Assembly (NCBI GenBank): GCA_964658305.1
Contig: OZ210885.1
Location: 1,860,001 to 1,924,000, forward strand
From: Leptogorgia sarmentosa
Taxonomy: Eukaryota
Length of the DNA stretch: 64,000 nucleotides
Direction of reading: 5' to 3'
Position numbers and translations under genes: made by a program
In this document: piece after piece, positions 25,676-39,646 of the stretch
Layout of the letters: every line of letters starts with the position of its first letter
How positions within the stretch are numbered: the first letter of the stretch is position 1
Notes under the pieces: model-generated
The model's database searches: none
What the model was told of the DNA's origin: nothing
The model's input: only the letters and a program-made list of their open reading frames with translations

Positions 25676-28600
25676 ATGAAAGAAGAAATTAAGCGAAGCC
25701 GCACATTTCTGTACGCAGTTGTATGGATTTTTTCAACCTTGTCAGTGTCTGGACAAAACCTCGAGGTTACACCGAAGTCCGAGAGTCCTGTGAATCAAGG
25801 TCTATTTACTTCAAAACGAGGTATTTTATAATTTTATTCCTAAATATTCTGTCCTGCAGTTTGGAAAATCAGTAATGTTGGGAAAGATGAAATATTTGAT
25901 ACAAACTATGGTGCTCAAATCATGTTTATAGACAGAAAAAAATCTAATCATTTCTCCCTGAAAACAAACTTAATTATGCAATGTCATCTTTAACAAACAT
26001 GGCGGCTGGTAAATCTAGTTAGTTAGCAAAATAATTCATCTCTCGCTATAATTAACAAGTGCAGGTATATTGCATCTTTTTTGCGACAGCTAGCAATGAA
26101 ATATTTCTATACTCTGTTGTTTAAACAGCCTTAGATCTTTGATCACTAATTATCATTCCCAACTTTTGTTCCATCTAGGAATACGTACTACTGTTTGCCA
26201 ACTTAAATTTGGCTGCAACCGATCTTTAGTGTAGTAGTTTGCTTGCATGGCACTGTGCAATATATAGCAACATTTTCATTCAGTCTAGATATTTCAGTTC
26301 TACAAAATCCCTTTCAGATTTCGGCTCGGAAAATTCTTCAATTTTTTTCTACCAATAGTATGAACTAACTAGCCAATGAGATGTGATTATATGAGCGCTA
26401 GCCAATGAGAATTGAGAATTTTTGGCATACCAACAAAATGAAATATTTGGGAATATTGACATTTCATACATGAACACCCAGATGAATAATTTATACAGTA
26501 AATACATAGTAAAATCCTGCATAAGTAATTGTAGTATCGGCTTACATGACCACTGGCTTTTGGTTCTTAGATTGTGCCCTTGTTGGTCATGTGGTAAACG
26601 TTCTGATGGTTTACAGCGTTATCGAATGTCTCGCTGGTTGTTTAGAAGAAGGCCAATGTTTGTCAGTAAATTACGCATCTTCGGGAAATTTTGATCATAA
26701 ATTTCACTGTGAGCTAAACGATGCGAAAGAAACAGGAAATCATACAGATTATCTCATGCACCGCCTGGGAAGCACGCATTATTCACTTGAAGAGGTAATT
26801 GCGAGATATAACGAACAGCAGTGGTATGTTCATATTATTATACTAGTGTTTTTCTCAGCGAATTTGTTTACAAAATCAGTTATATTTGAATTAGTTTGAA
26901 TACAAAATACGTCCGGCAGAACATGAATATACCCCCCCCCCCCTACAATGACGCTCTATTCAATCCTGCTGTCGCAGATATTTGTCTGGATAAAACCCGT
27001 AAATTTATAATGACGCGCTTATAAGTGACTAGCTTCAACCCCAGTACATTGTTACATTAAAAACCTATACTCAACATAGCGACGAATTTGCTGACTATTA
27101 TTCCACGCATAATATGCTTCACGGAGTCAGCAAAAACTATAGTTAACTAAGCCACACAACTCTTACAAATTTATGCGCTGTTAAAATGCATGCTATATGC
27201 ATCGTGCCAATCTGATAAAATTAATGCTTTCGACATTTTTTACCTTGCACCCAAATATACATGCAGTTCGCCGATATTTCTGTGATGTGTCTCGTTGTTC
27301 AATTTTTTCACAGCCGTATATGATGAATGTCCCTCCCACATGTTACAATAATGGAACTTGGGTCGAGAATAAAACTGACATATTGAATTCATTTTGCAAT
27401 TGCTCTGTCCCGTATTTTGGAATTCACTGTGAGGAATTTCGTGAGTATCGTCATTATTTCATTTATCACCTGCTATTTTTTGCAACGGTCTGGTTTTGTG
27501 CACTTCTGAATAATTGCTGAAAAATCAATGTGGTCATAATAAAAGGAATTGAAAAGCCTGAGCTACGTATTTCTTATTACTTATTTATTTATTTACAAGA
27601 TTCGCAACATAATGTTATTTACAACATACAACATAATTATAGCAACGACATGCAATACACAATATACAACAAAACAAACAACAAAGCCAGGGACTGTCCA
27701 CAGAGGTAATCTCAAATAACGGGGTCCTGAACAAATAAAACATAGGGGGTCCTGAAGAAGGGTCCCATTTCCCAGCCCAGATTCTGACTCCAGATTCCAA
27801 GTGCTCAAGAGGACAAAACCCATTTCCTCGGTGGTTGTCCTGCTCAAATCGTAATCCCTTTTTCTACCGTTTTATTGATGATGAATCCCAGTCCCAGTGC
27901 ATGAAATCCCATGCATTCTCCTAGCGGCAAAAATAAGCAAATCCCAGTTCTCATTAATTTTTATCCCTTCAGGACCCTCTTTTAAAGTTTGAAATGAAAT
28001 CAAACAGCTCGTTTTGTATGTAGCTACTACAGGAAGCCAATTTGTTGCTTAAGAGTTTATTTAGGGCGCATTGGAAGATTTTTCAATTTTTTTGTTTTCA
28101 GGGTTTGTTACTGTTAGTATTTTCCAGCACATTATTAAACTTTAATGCCGTTGAATCAAGATTTTTATTTGTTAGAACTGCAATAACAAGTAAAACCCGT
28201 ATAACCATAGGGAAAACATTAAAAATCCGTTCACCAAGCCTTGTACACGTCCATTCTAGGTCCCAGTAATTGCCAACATATTCAGACAAATGGCACAAAA
28301 CAAGACGGAGAATTTGAGTTATTCTTGAAATGGCCGAGCGATAACAGATCAGCACAAATATACTGTGCTGATATGGATACTGAAAATCCATTGGAATATA
28401 TCACGTTACCTGCAGGAAATATGAATAATTACGCCCGTTATTACAACCACCAAACTAGAGTGGAAGAAAAAACGTATTTTGAAAAGGTTCGATGATATTT
28501 ATTTTTAGTACAAACTTTGAAAAAATTTTAATTGGCTGATGTTAAACGTTTTGCGATAAATGAAATATCGCGCCATCGAATAATTGTTTTTAGGCAGGAA

Positions 28601-29399
28601 AGAAATTTTAACTTTTGAACGTCTCTCTGCTATAATGTAAATTCTAATATTATAACTTTCACGGGACCATAATTATTGACTAATGACTGGCGCAGCTATA
28701 CTTTATTAAAAAATTGAGGCCAGCCATGTCTGAAATTTCTGGCAATGACTAAAACGATTAGAGAATTTTGCCTCGTTAAATATAGCACGTGTAAATTTTC
28801 CAAGCTAAGTGTCCTTTTATAAGTCAATTTTAACACGGAAAATTTCCGGCATACGCCACTGAAAAAAGTTGTTCAAATCAACGTTGTCCTTTATATTTTT
28901 AGCTTTTTAATGGTAAGAATTTTCGGAAAAAAACGAGAAATTAAACACGACTAGTTTAAACTACTAAACAATTTAAAGCTCCCGTTTTAAGTAGAAGTGC
29001 AGTCAACCATTCTAAATCCAAATCCGTTACTAGTTATTTTCTACGTTTTAATCAACACAGGTGCGTATTTTGTTGGAGAAGATGGAAATTGCTCTTGATG
29101 ATTACAAGTTCGCTTCCACCAATGCGGCAGGAGTTTTTCATGAATTTGCAAGTGCTGGTGATTGTGTTTCCTATGCCTGCGATGCCTCATCTCGAACTGG
29201 AAAGTTCCAGGTTGATTTTTCTGCCACCACATTTCGTATGCTAGACCCGATACAGTATCAATTCAACAATTACCCAATTTGCACTGCAAAGGTTTTTAAT
29301 CCAGTCATGGGAGAAAATCGTCAGCGCTGGTCTGGAAAGTGTGGGGGATTTTGTGGTCTTTGTACACCACTTGCAATTTATCTTGAACTCAATGGATAA
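25676..29399 (+). CDS. Secreted signal-PAN/apple-EGF-like-GON domain protein, copy 1 (~353 aa)
   Basis: Exons 25676-25820 (hydrophobic FLYAVVWIFSTLSVSG), 26571-26794 (PAN: ECLAGCLEEGQCLSVNY...CELN), 27314-27440 (CYNNGTW...CNCSVPYFGIHCEE), 28260-28486 and 29061-29399. GON motifs: PSNCQHIQ..DGEFEL..IYCADM...PLEYITL..NNY..TYFEKVRI..DYKFA..AGDC..GKFQVD..GKCGGFCGLCTP. Total 1062 nt, open frame. Confidence 0.85.
27744..27980. mobile_element. MITE with short terminal inverted repeats, intronic
   Basis: agggggtcctgaag ... cttcaggaccctct, with internal atccca/ttccca sub-repeats. Confidence 0.55.
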
Positions 29400-30118
29400 T
29401 CAACAATAAATAATAATGAAATACTCCTCATATTCCACGAGAAGAATTATTATCGGTTAAATAAGAGCTTTTTTAGCTTTTGAAAACTTATTCAATTTTG
29501 AGATAATATTATTATTGTTGCTTGCAATATGGTCGATTTCAACAAGAAATCAGAGGGCGATTGTTTTCTGACGACGAGAGGGCTCTGTCTGGAAATTGAG
29601 CAAAATACAGTTATTCAATAAATTTTTAACCTTATTTTAATTATTTTACATTTATAATTATTAGGACATGCATTTGTCTGTCTTTTATGTTGGAAATTAA
29701 TCACACCGGCTGTAATATAACAAGATGTTGTCTTGAATCATTACGATGAGCTTCTATATCCATATTACTCATTTACTCTGGTGTAATGAAAACATGATAA
29801 AGTGATATCAAGGTCAAAAAGTGGCGAAACCCGCGGTGTTTTAACATGGTAAAAACAACGGTAACATTTTATTTAACTTGAGTTTTCAACTATACTGATT
29901 TCAGGAATGAAACATAGTTAGATTACATTGATGGTGAAAAGGTGAAGATAACGATGACATAATTCATATTCACAAAAATTAAACATTAAGAGAATAAGAG
30001 GTGACATTATTTTGTAATAATTATAAGGTCTTCATTTGCATTACTCGTATATAAGGTCTTCATTTGCAATTACTCGTCTTATCTTGACTGTAGCGTATCA
30101 AGGAATACGCATGTTAAA

Positions 30119-33100
30119 ATGAACACTTTAATTTTACTGGTGCATGCAATGGCAGGGATTGGTGCGAATGACTGTTCTTCTAAATACTACAAGACCATCA
30201 GAAGAGGTTAGTACATCACATTTAGTTCAAAAATTAAATACAAGCTGTATGTTTACAATGTCATAATAAGATTTGGTATATAAACATTGAGGAGGAAGCC
30301 CGCAGTTTTCAGAAAATGCCAAAAAATTAGATAGTTTGACAATTTATGTTAACTTTTGAAAGTTCTGGTTTTCACAGAAGGTCCACCACTACCTCCAGAC
30401 GAGATCATATCCAGTCATAATGTTGGATCGGTCGTTGTCGAGATCAAATGTCATTCTCTTTGTGAAAAAGAGCCGAGATGTGTGGGATTTAACCACAGGA
30501 CTACAGCAACGAACGATGAAAATTGCCAACTGACGCACGTCACAAAAGAGAGAAACACAACAGTGAAAGGTGACTGGACACTGCGACGCGACATGGAAGC
30601 GGTATGGATTTTTTTATTCATTCAAGTTTGGAAGAAAATAATTTTTAAGCCTGGTTTATAGAAAATGAACTGCACATGGGGTGAAAGCCTGACAAAGAAA
30701 TGTTTTTGATAACCATGAGCCTTATTATTTATTCGTGCTTTTGCGTACAAAGTATATTTACTGGAAGTCATTTTCAACTGCAATTAAATGAATGCAGTTT
30801 GCTTTCGCGCAAGCAAAGGATATATATTAAGGCTAGATGGTCTCTATTTTACTTTGTGCAGCTATTAAAGTCTAATTGAGAATTTGAAAAACAACTTCCA
30901 GTAGATTATGTAAAATGAAATTCTCTATACTGAATTTTAAAATTTCGTTTACTTTTTTTTTAAGCATTTGGTTTTTATTGCTATAATAATCTCGTTGCGA
31001 TTAAATATTATTGTACTATCTATGCATACATGTTTGGGGATATCGTTAATATAGTTTATGTAATGATATTATTAAAATTTCTTTTGCGCAATAAAAATTT
31101 CATCTAAAGATAAACATTAATAACCTGAAATTAATTTGTAACGATTCGGTCTAGTAATTAACTTTTATTTATACATAATGTTCAAGTTTAAGCAGAATAC
31201 ATGCAAGTTTCATATACAAAGCAGTCTCTAGTGCATACGGCCCATGACTATTAGCTGTATAGTATGAAAAAATTAAACTTTAAACGTTATAATTGTAAGA
31301 ACTATTATTGCATAATAATATAACTAAATCTAGGAACTATAACCTTGAAATGGGGGCGCCGGTGGTACTGGGGTCACTTCAAAAAGGCCCTGCCCCAAGC
31401 CAAAGGAAATGCCCTGAGATCGTGCCCTTTGTCGGGCACGATTCTTATTGAGGCGTATGAAAAATACTGCTGCGCCATCATTCGACTTCGTTAAAATTTG
31501 AATGCGACTTAGAAATACGACAGACCGCGAATCGTGCCCGACTCAATTATAGCGTGCAGAAACGTAGTTTTAGCAATTCCAAGATCCAGTTGTCGCGCGC
31601 GTACATTTCCTTCTTGTCAGTGGCCTAGTTAAAATTCTAAAGCGCAAGCCGTCAATTTGTTGGCAATATTTAAAATGCGTATATTTTCCCCCTTAGACAT
31701 ATGAACCTCCCACCTGTTACAATAATGGAACTTGGATGGAAAATAAAACTGACATATTGAACTCACTTTGCAATTGCTCTGTCGGGTATTTTGGAATTCA
31801 TTGCGAGGAGTTTCGTGAGTATCATCAGTTCCTATGACTATATTATTATGAGGGCTGTAAATGAGCACCTGTTAAATATATACATTATTTATTATCGACC
31901 CTCTTTTCAATACTTTGCGTGCGTAAAAATGATAAATCACTCAGTGGCATAGCTAGCGGTCCTGCTGGTCCATAAAATGGGCAAATCATTTTCCAACTAC
32001 GTAAACCCAAATTGTTCCTTTTTTTGCCAAATTGTTTCAAAATTGCTATACCCGACGTTGAGTTCCACCGCGATGCTTCCATTCAAAAACTACTACGACT
32101 GCTTTCTTTTCTTTGAACACTTATATTTCGACTTTGCATAATTTATTACAATACACAGTATCAGACAGCACACACACTTGTTTATCTAGTTCGACCTACT
32201 AATTTACATTAACATGCATCTTAATTTACACAGTACAGAACTATACATCCACAAACACAATACAATTACACATTACAATTGTACAGTACAATAGCCATTC
32301 ACGCATATACGGCCATTCACTACACCGACGTTTTAATTTGCATACTGAATATAGGGAACTATACACTACCACGTCACTCTTTTTCTAGGTCCCAGTACTT
32401 GCCAACATATTCAGGAAAATGGCACAAAACAAGACGGAGAATTTGAGTTATACCCGAAATGGCCGAACGATAGAAGATCAGCACAAATATACTGTGCTAA
32501 TATGGATACTGAAAATCCATTGGAATATATCACGTTACCTGCAGGGAAAATGAATAATTACGCCCGTCATTTTGAAAAGCAAACAAATGTGAAAAAAGAA
32601 ACGTATTTCGAAAAGGTATTATTCTTAAATCATTCTAAAAGCTACTTTACCGACATTTTAAAAGCTACTCTACGTTGGGCAAATCTTGTGTCAGTACGTA
32701 CTGACAGGGGTGTAAATAAATAAAAAAAATTTTTTGGGGGGGGGGGGGGGGTGGTAGCACACACACACACCGAACCGAATTTGTAATATTCAAATCTCAC
32801 GAGGCGGCAACATGGTTAAACTTAAACATTTAAATTGCTGGAAATGGCGATTTCAGTGCCTTAACTCTCCTTTTAGGGAAACTTTAACAAGTGACTACAC
32901 GCCGTCCTCTCAGCTCGATGCTCAATTGCGATTTTATAACGCCGGGGGGGAGACACCCCCACCCCTATAATGTGTGCCCCTGAGTATTCCGATTGAACTG
33001 ATACGACAATTAAATACGCTACGGCGGCAAATTCCATAAGCATAATCGAATTATCACTTGGGCATCAATCCTTAGAAGATAGTTGCTTTGTAAAAGAGTT

Positions 33101-33488
33101 GTAGGAAACCATTGAGTCCAGCCTATTCATAATTATTCAATCCCTACAGGTGCGTATTTTGTTGGAGAAGATGGAAATTGCTCTTGATGATTACAAGTTC
33201 GCTTCCACCAATGCGGCAGGAGTTTTTCATGAATTTGCAAGTGCTGGTGATTGTGTTTCCACAACCTGCGATGCCTCATCTCGAACTGGAAAGTTCCAGG
33301 TTGATCTTTCTGGAACCACATTTCGTATGCTGGAGCCGATAAAATATCGATTCAGAAATTATCCAAAGTGCACTAGAAAGGTTTTTGATCCAGTAATGGA
33401 GGGAAATCGTCAGCGTTGGTCTGGAAAGTGTGGAGGTTATTGTGGCAATTGTTCACCAGTTGCAGTCTACCTTGAAATTACTGAATAG
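30119..33488 (+). CDS. Secreted signal-PAN/apple-EGF-like-GON domain protein, copy 2 (~331 aa)
   Basis: Exons 30119-30206 (MNTLILLVHAMAGIGANDC), 30378-30601 (PAN: KCHSLCEKEPRCVGFNH...NCQL), 31697-31814, 32389-32615, 33150-33488. Same intron phases (1,0,1,0) as copy 1; 996 nt, open frame. Confidence 0.85.
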
Positions 33489-34827
33489 TTGGAAACTAAT
33501 TAGAAAACATCTTTTTAACATCATGACTGGATCATATGATACTATCTCAAGGTTTTGGAATACAGAAAATTGTTTTTTTTGTCAATAGTTTATTAAATAG
33601 AAGGGAGAAGCTTGTTTCTGTGCAATTTCATAGACTTTGAAATTGATGAATTTCAAAAGAAATAATGAACAATGGTAACATCATAACATCTCCATTCTTT
33701 TTGGATGGGTTCACAATATTGTGCATGTTTACTTTATTGAGTAATATTACCGTCTGTATAACTTGATCTTACACAAAAAGTAAATTAATCAAATTTCTTA
33801 CTTTGCACTTTCTTAAAAGTAAGATATTTCTCCTGCTGCAGGCCATTGTTTGTTTGCTTGTTTTTTTCGTGCGCTTTTAGCTTCAAGCTTTTGACAGCGC
33901 TAGGGCTTGGGCACGAGAGAGTCCAATAATATTTTTTTTGGATGCAAGTTCGATCCAAAAAAATAATTATTGGACGCTGATGACGTCATCGGCGGAAAAT
34001 ACGTAATAAGTACCGAATACTGAGAATTAGCCGGTGCTTTCTGACCAATCAGGAACGAGAATAAATTTTGTTATTGCGTTGAATATTAGGTCTTATGACC
34101 GGATTGGCACATACGGACATAAACACTGTAATAACTGGACACTGTGCAATGCAGTCGTACTAGTCGTCATATTAATCTGATTACAGGAATCTTTATTTCA
34201 AAATAATATGTACTGTAGTTGATGTTGGCTGTGGATTGAAACCTTGTGCTTATCATATTGTTATGTCTATTGACATCCCACCGTGACGCCACTAGCATCT
34301 TAAATGACCCTTGAATTAATACATTTTTGGCAGTCCTGCCTTCGCGAGAGAGCAGGACCACGTCGCTGTAAACAGCCGTCCTGAGCATGCGCGGGCCAAA
34401 TTACCCAATCAAAAACCAGAATTTTTCTATTAAATAGTATTGCAACTCCTGCTTTCAGAAAATAGCTGGAGTGAAACACGAGTGGCGTGTAAATCAATAT
34501 GATTATCCGGAAATTGGCCTTTGTAGAGTAAGCGGAATTCTTTGGTTATTTTTTTTATAAAAGAAATGAAAAATGACCAGAATTTCGACGAGAGAAAGGA
34601 AAATAAAAAAGGAACAATTTGGGTTTAGTTGGAAAATGATTTGCCCATTTTATGGAAATGTTTTCGTCTCAGCGGGTCCAGCAGGACCGCTGGCTACGCC
34701 ACTGAATGATGTGTATTTCCAGCAATTATTTTAATTATCATAATCATTATTACGCATGCAAAGTATTGAAAAGAGGGTCGATAATAAATAATGTATATAT
34801 TTAACAGGTGCTCATTTACAGCCCTCA
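31849..34827. repeat. Imperfect inverted repeat pair (31849-~32022 and ~34605-34827) flanking the two GON exons; repeated at 35825-~35998 and ~38583-38805
   Basis: tgagggctgtaaatgagcacctgttaaatatatacattatttattatcgaccctcttttcaatactttgc is the exact reverse complement of 34758-34827; similarity continues through ccataaaatgggcaaatcattttccaacta. Confidence 0.9.
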
Positions 34828-35672
34828 GTTAAGAGCGCTGTTTACGAAAGAAACGAACGACGCAAATATAATACAGGCTAAAGTGTTTCTAATTAATGCC
34901 GGCTTCATATAGTGCAGAAGAAACAAAATAAAGAAAAAGGAAATAAAAGAAAAAGAATAATTACTTACATCCCTTGTTGGTGAGCTTTAATTAATTTTGA
35001 AATGTTTTCACTTTTGACTGCATTTTTTCATTCGATTTAGATAGCTTCAATCCTAGCAAAATTATATGTTCACAGTGAGCTGTTGCAGGTTGCTATATAT
35101 AGAGCCATTCTCAATGGATAAAATTTGTTGAAGAATTTCCCTGTCACTGCAGTTCGCAGTGGCACAGTACTTTGTAAAATTTGACTAATATCATTTCACA
35201 TTCTCCATCATCTTTCAAAATTTTGTAAAAATAAAAAATAACTTAAGCGGTTAATGCGGCCTGGCGACTAAGTGTTAGTGCTTTGGAGTTTACTACTTTA
35301 TGCTGAGAAAGGTCGATTCTATATAACCAGTGCTGGTATTTTGTAGAAATCAGAAGTTGAAGTGCGAAAATGCATTGGTTGAGGCATTATTTCTTGTTTT
35401 CTTGCATACCATGCATAACCTTGGCACTTGGAAAGGTCGAACCAGAAACATCAGACATTGAAAATGTCTGTTACAATTCAACCCTCGAAGGTAGGTCTCG
35501 AAAATGCTTGTCTGTTTCTATACTGAAAATACTAATTTAATGAAAATTCAAAGTCAATAGAACGCGAACTGCAAACGTGGCTAGTGTAGGTAGCGTTTTA
35601 CTAGTTAAAATTCTAAAGCGCAAGCCGTCAATTTGTTGGCAATATTTAAAATGCGTATATTTTCCCCCTTAG

Positions 35673-37466
35673 ACATATGAACCTCCCACCTGTTACAATA
35701 ATGGAACTTGGATGGAAAATAAAACTGACATATTGAACTCACTTTGCAATTGCTCTGTCGGGTATTTTGGAATTCATTGCGAGGAGTTTCGTGAGTATCA
35801 TCAGTTCCTATGACTATATTATTATGAGGGCTGTAAATGAGCACCTGTTAAATATATACATTATTTATTATCGACCCTCTTTTCAATACTTTGCGTGCGT
35901 AAAAATGATAAATCACTCAGTGGCATAGCTAGCGGTCCTGCTGGTCCATAAAATGGGCAAATCATTTTCCAACTACGTAAACCCAAATTGTTCCTTTTTT
36001 TGCCAAATTGTTTCAAAATTGCTATACCCGACGTTGAGTTCCACCGCGATGCTTCCATTCAAAAACTACTACGACTGCTTTCTTTTCTTTGAACACTTAT
36101 ATTTCGACTTTGCATAATTTATTACAATACACAGTATCAGACAGCACACACACTTGTTTATCTAGTTCGACCTACTAATTTACATTAACATGCATCTTAA
36201 TTTACACAGTACAGAACTATACATCCACAAACACAATACAATTACACATTACAATTGTACAGTACAATAGCCATTCACGCATATACGGCCATTCACTACA
36301 CCGACGTTTTAATTTGCATACTGAATATAGGGAACTATACACTACCACGTCACTCTTTTTCTAGGTCCCAGTACTTGCCAACATATTCAGGAAAATGGCA
36401 CAAAACAAGACGGAGAATTTGAGTTATACCCGAAATGGCCGAACGATAGAAGATCAGCACAAATATACTGTGCTAATATGGATACTGAAAATCCATTGGA
36501 ATATATCACGTTACCTGCAGGGAAAATGAATAATTACGCCCGTCATTTTGAAAAGCAAACAAATGTGAAAAAAGAAACGTATTTCGAAAAGGTATTATTC
36601 TTAAATCATTCTAAAAGCTACTTTACCGACATTTTAAAAGCTACTCTACGTTGGGCAAATCTTGTGTCAGTACGTACTGACAGGGGTGTAAATAAATAAA
36701 AAAAATTTTTTGGGGGGGGGGGGGGGGGGTGGTAGCACACACACACACCGAACCGAATTTGTAATATTCAAATCTCACGAGGCGGCAACATGGTTAAACT
36801 TAAACATTTAAATTGCTGGAAATGGCGATTTCAGTGCCTTAACTCTCCTTTTAGGGAAACTTTAACAAGTGACTACACGCCGTCCTCTCAGCTCGATGCT
36901 CAATTGCGATTTTATAACGCCGGGGGGGAGACACCCCCACCCCTATAATGTGTGCCCCTGAGTATTCCGATTGAACTGATACGACAATTAAATACGCTAC
37001 GGCGGCAAATTCCATAAGCATAATCGAATTATCACTTGGGCATCAATCCTTAGAAGATAGTTGCTTTGTAAAAGAGTTGTAGGAAACCATTGAGTCCAGC
37101 CTATTCATAATTATTCAATCCCTACAGGTGCGTATTTTGTTGGAGAAGATGGAAATTGCTCTTGATGATTACAAGTTCGCTTCCACCAATGCGGCAGGAG
37201 TTTTTCATGAATTTGCAAGTGCTGGTGATTGTGTTTCCACAACCTGCGATGCCTCATCTCGAACTGGAAAGTTCCAGGTTGATCTTTCTGGAACCACATT
37301 TCGTATGCTGGAGCCGATAAAATATCGATTCAGAAATTATCCAAAGTGCACTAGAAAGGTTTTTGATCCAGTAATGGAGGGAAATCGTCAGCGTTGGTCT
37401 GGAAAGTGTGGAGGTTATTGTGGCAATTGTTCACCAGTTGCAGTCTACCTTGAAATTACTGAATAG
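35673..37466 (+). CDS. GON module copy 3: EGF-like plus GON exons only, with no signal or PAN exon of its own (5'-truncated duplicate or alternative 3' cassette)
   Basis: Exons 35673-35790, 36365-36591 and 37128-37466 match copy 2 exons 3-5, with intact splice sites. Confidence 0.7.
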
Positions 37467-39610
37467 TTGGAAACTAATTAGAAAACATCTTTTTAACATC
37501 ATGACTGGATCATATGATACTATCTCAAGGTTTTGGAATACAGAAAATTGTTTTTTTTGTCAATAGTTTATTAAATAGAAGGGAGAAGCTTGTTTCTGTG
37601 CAATTTCATAGACTTTGAAATTGATGAATTTCAAAAGAAATAATGAACAATGGTAACATCATAACATCTCCATTCTTTTTGGATGGGTTCACAATATTGT
37701 GCATGTTTACTTTATTGAGTAATATTACCGTCTGTATAACTTGATCTTACACAAAAAGTAAATTAATCAAATTTCTTACTTTGCACTTTCTTAAAAGTAA
37801 GATATTTCTCCTGCTGCAGGCCATTGTTTGTTTGCTTGTTTTTTTCGTGCGCTTTTAGCTTCAAGCTTTTGACAGCGCTAGGGCTTGGGCACGAGAGAGT
37901 CCAATAATATTTTTTTTGGATGCAAGTTCGATCCAAAAAAATAATTATTGGACGCTGATGACGTCATCGGCGGAAAATACGTAATAAGTACCGAATACTG
38001 AGAATTAGCCGGTGCTTTCTGACCAATCAGGAACGAGAATAAATTTTGTTATTGCGTTGAATATTAGGTCTTATGACCGGATTGGCACATACGGACATAA
38101 ACACTGTAATAACTGGACACTGTGCAATGCAGTCGTACTAGTCGTCATATTAATCTGATTACAGGAATCTTTATTTCAAAATAATATGTACTGTAGTTGA
38201 TGTTGGCTGTGGATTGAAACCTTGTGCTTATCATATTGTTATGTCTATTGACATCCCACCGTGACGCCACTAGCATCTTAAATGACCCTTGAATTAATAC
38301 ATTTTTGGCAGTCCTGCCTTCGCGAGAGAGCAGGACCACGTCGCTGTAAACAGCCGTCCTGAGCATGCGCGGGCCAAATTACCCAATCAAAAACCAGAAT
38401 TTTTCTATTAAATAGTATTGCAACTCCTGCTTTCAGAAAATAGCTGGAGTGAAACACGAGTGGCGTGTAAATCAATATGATTATCCGGAAATTTGCCTTT
38501 GTAGAGTAAGCGGAATTCTTTGGTTATTTTTTTTATAAAAGAAATGAAAAATGACCAGAATTTCGACGAGAGAAAGGAAAATAAAAAAGGAACAATTTGG
38601 GTTTAGTTGGAAAATGATTTGCCCATTTTATGGAAATGTTTTCGTCTCAGCGGGTCCAGCAGGACCGCTGGCTACGCCACTGAATGATGTGTATTTCCAG
38701 CAATCATTTTAATTATTATGATCATTATTACGCATGCAAAGTATTGAAAAGAAGGTCGATAATAAATAATGTATATATTTAACAGGTGCTCATTTACAGC
38801 CCTCAGTTAAGAGCGCTGTTTACGAAAGAAACGAACGACGCAAATATAATACAGGCTAAAGTGTTTCTAATTAATGCCGGCTTCATATAGTGCAGAAGAA
38901 ACAAAATAAAGAAAAAGGAAATAAAAGAAAAAGAATAATTACTTACATCCCTTGTTGGTGAGCTTTAATTAATTTTGAAATGTTTTCACTTTTGACTGCA
39001 TTTTTTCATTCGATTTAGATAGCTTCAATCCTAGCAAAATTATATGTTCACAGTGAGCTGTTGCAGGTTGCTATATATAGAGCCATTCTCAATGGATAAA
39101 ATTTGTTGAAGAATTTCCCTGTCACTGCAGTTCGCAGTGGCACAGTACTTTGTAAAATTTGACTAATATCATTTCACATTCTCCATCATCTTTCAAAATT
39201 TTGTAAAAATAAAAAATAACTTAAGCGGTTAATGCGGCCTGGCGACTAAGTGTTAGTGCTTTGGAGTTTACTACTTTATGCTGAGAAAGGTCGATTCTAT
39301 ATAACCAGTGCTGGTATTTTGTAGAAATCAGAAGTTGAAGTGCGAAAATGCATTGGTTGAGGCATTATTTCTTGTTTTCTTGCATACCATGCATAACCTT
39401 GGCACTTGGAAAGGTCGAACCAGAAACATCAGACATTGAAAATGTCTGTTACAATTCAACCCTCGAAGGTAGGTCTCGAAAATGCTTGTCTGTTTCTATA
39501 CTGAAAATACTAATTTAATGAAAATTCAAAGTCAATAGAACGCGAACTGCAAACGTGGCTAGTGTAGGTAGCGTTTTACAACAGCGAACAACAGCAGGCT
39601 GCTCTAGTTA

Positions 39611-39646
39611 ATTCCCGACGAAGGGCCTCCGCTCGAAACGTCGAAT
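39611..39646 (+). ncRNA. Minimal type I hammerhead ribozyme-like motif (core variant CCGACGA)
   Basis: ATTC CCGACGA A GGGC-ctcc-GCTC GAAAC GTC GAAT: stem I ATTC/GAAT, stem II GGGC/GCTC, GAAA, a palindromic ACGT in place of stem III, GUC cleavage triplet. Confidence 0.45.

Larger units (their letters stand above)
31625..39578. repeat. Near-identical head-to-tail tandem duplication: 31625-35600 (3976 bp) and 35601-39578 (3978 bp)
   Basis: Both units start ctagttaaaattctaaagcg and end gtgtaggtagcgtttta. ORF-track entries repeat at offsets 3976 and 3978. Differences seen: poly-G length and a few substitutions near 34515-34775 vs 38493-38755. Confidence 0.95.

Noticed and set aside
30022..30078. 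27 bp tandem duplication upstream of GON copy 2 exon 1
   Set aside because: Ordinary slippage duplication with no visible functional consequence.
33921..33976. Hairpin gtccaataat...attattggac (also 37899-37954) and hairpin at 16164-16200
   Set aside because: Short AT-rich fold-backs typical of non-autonomous repeats; no evidence for an RNA gene.
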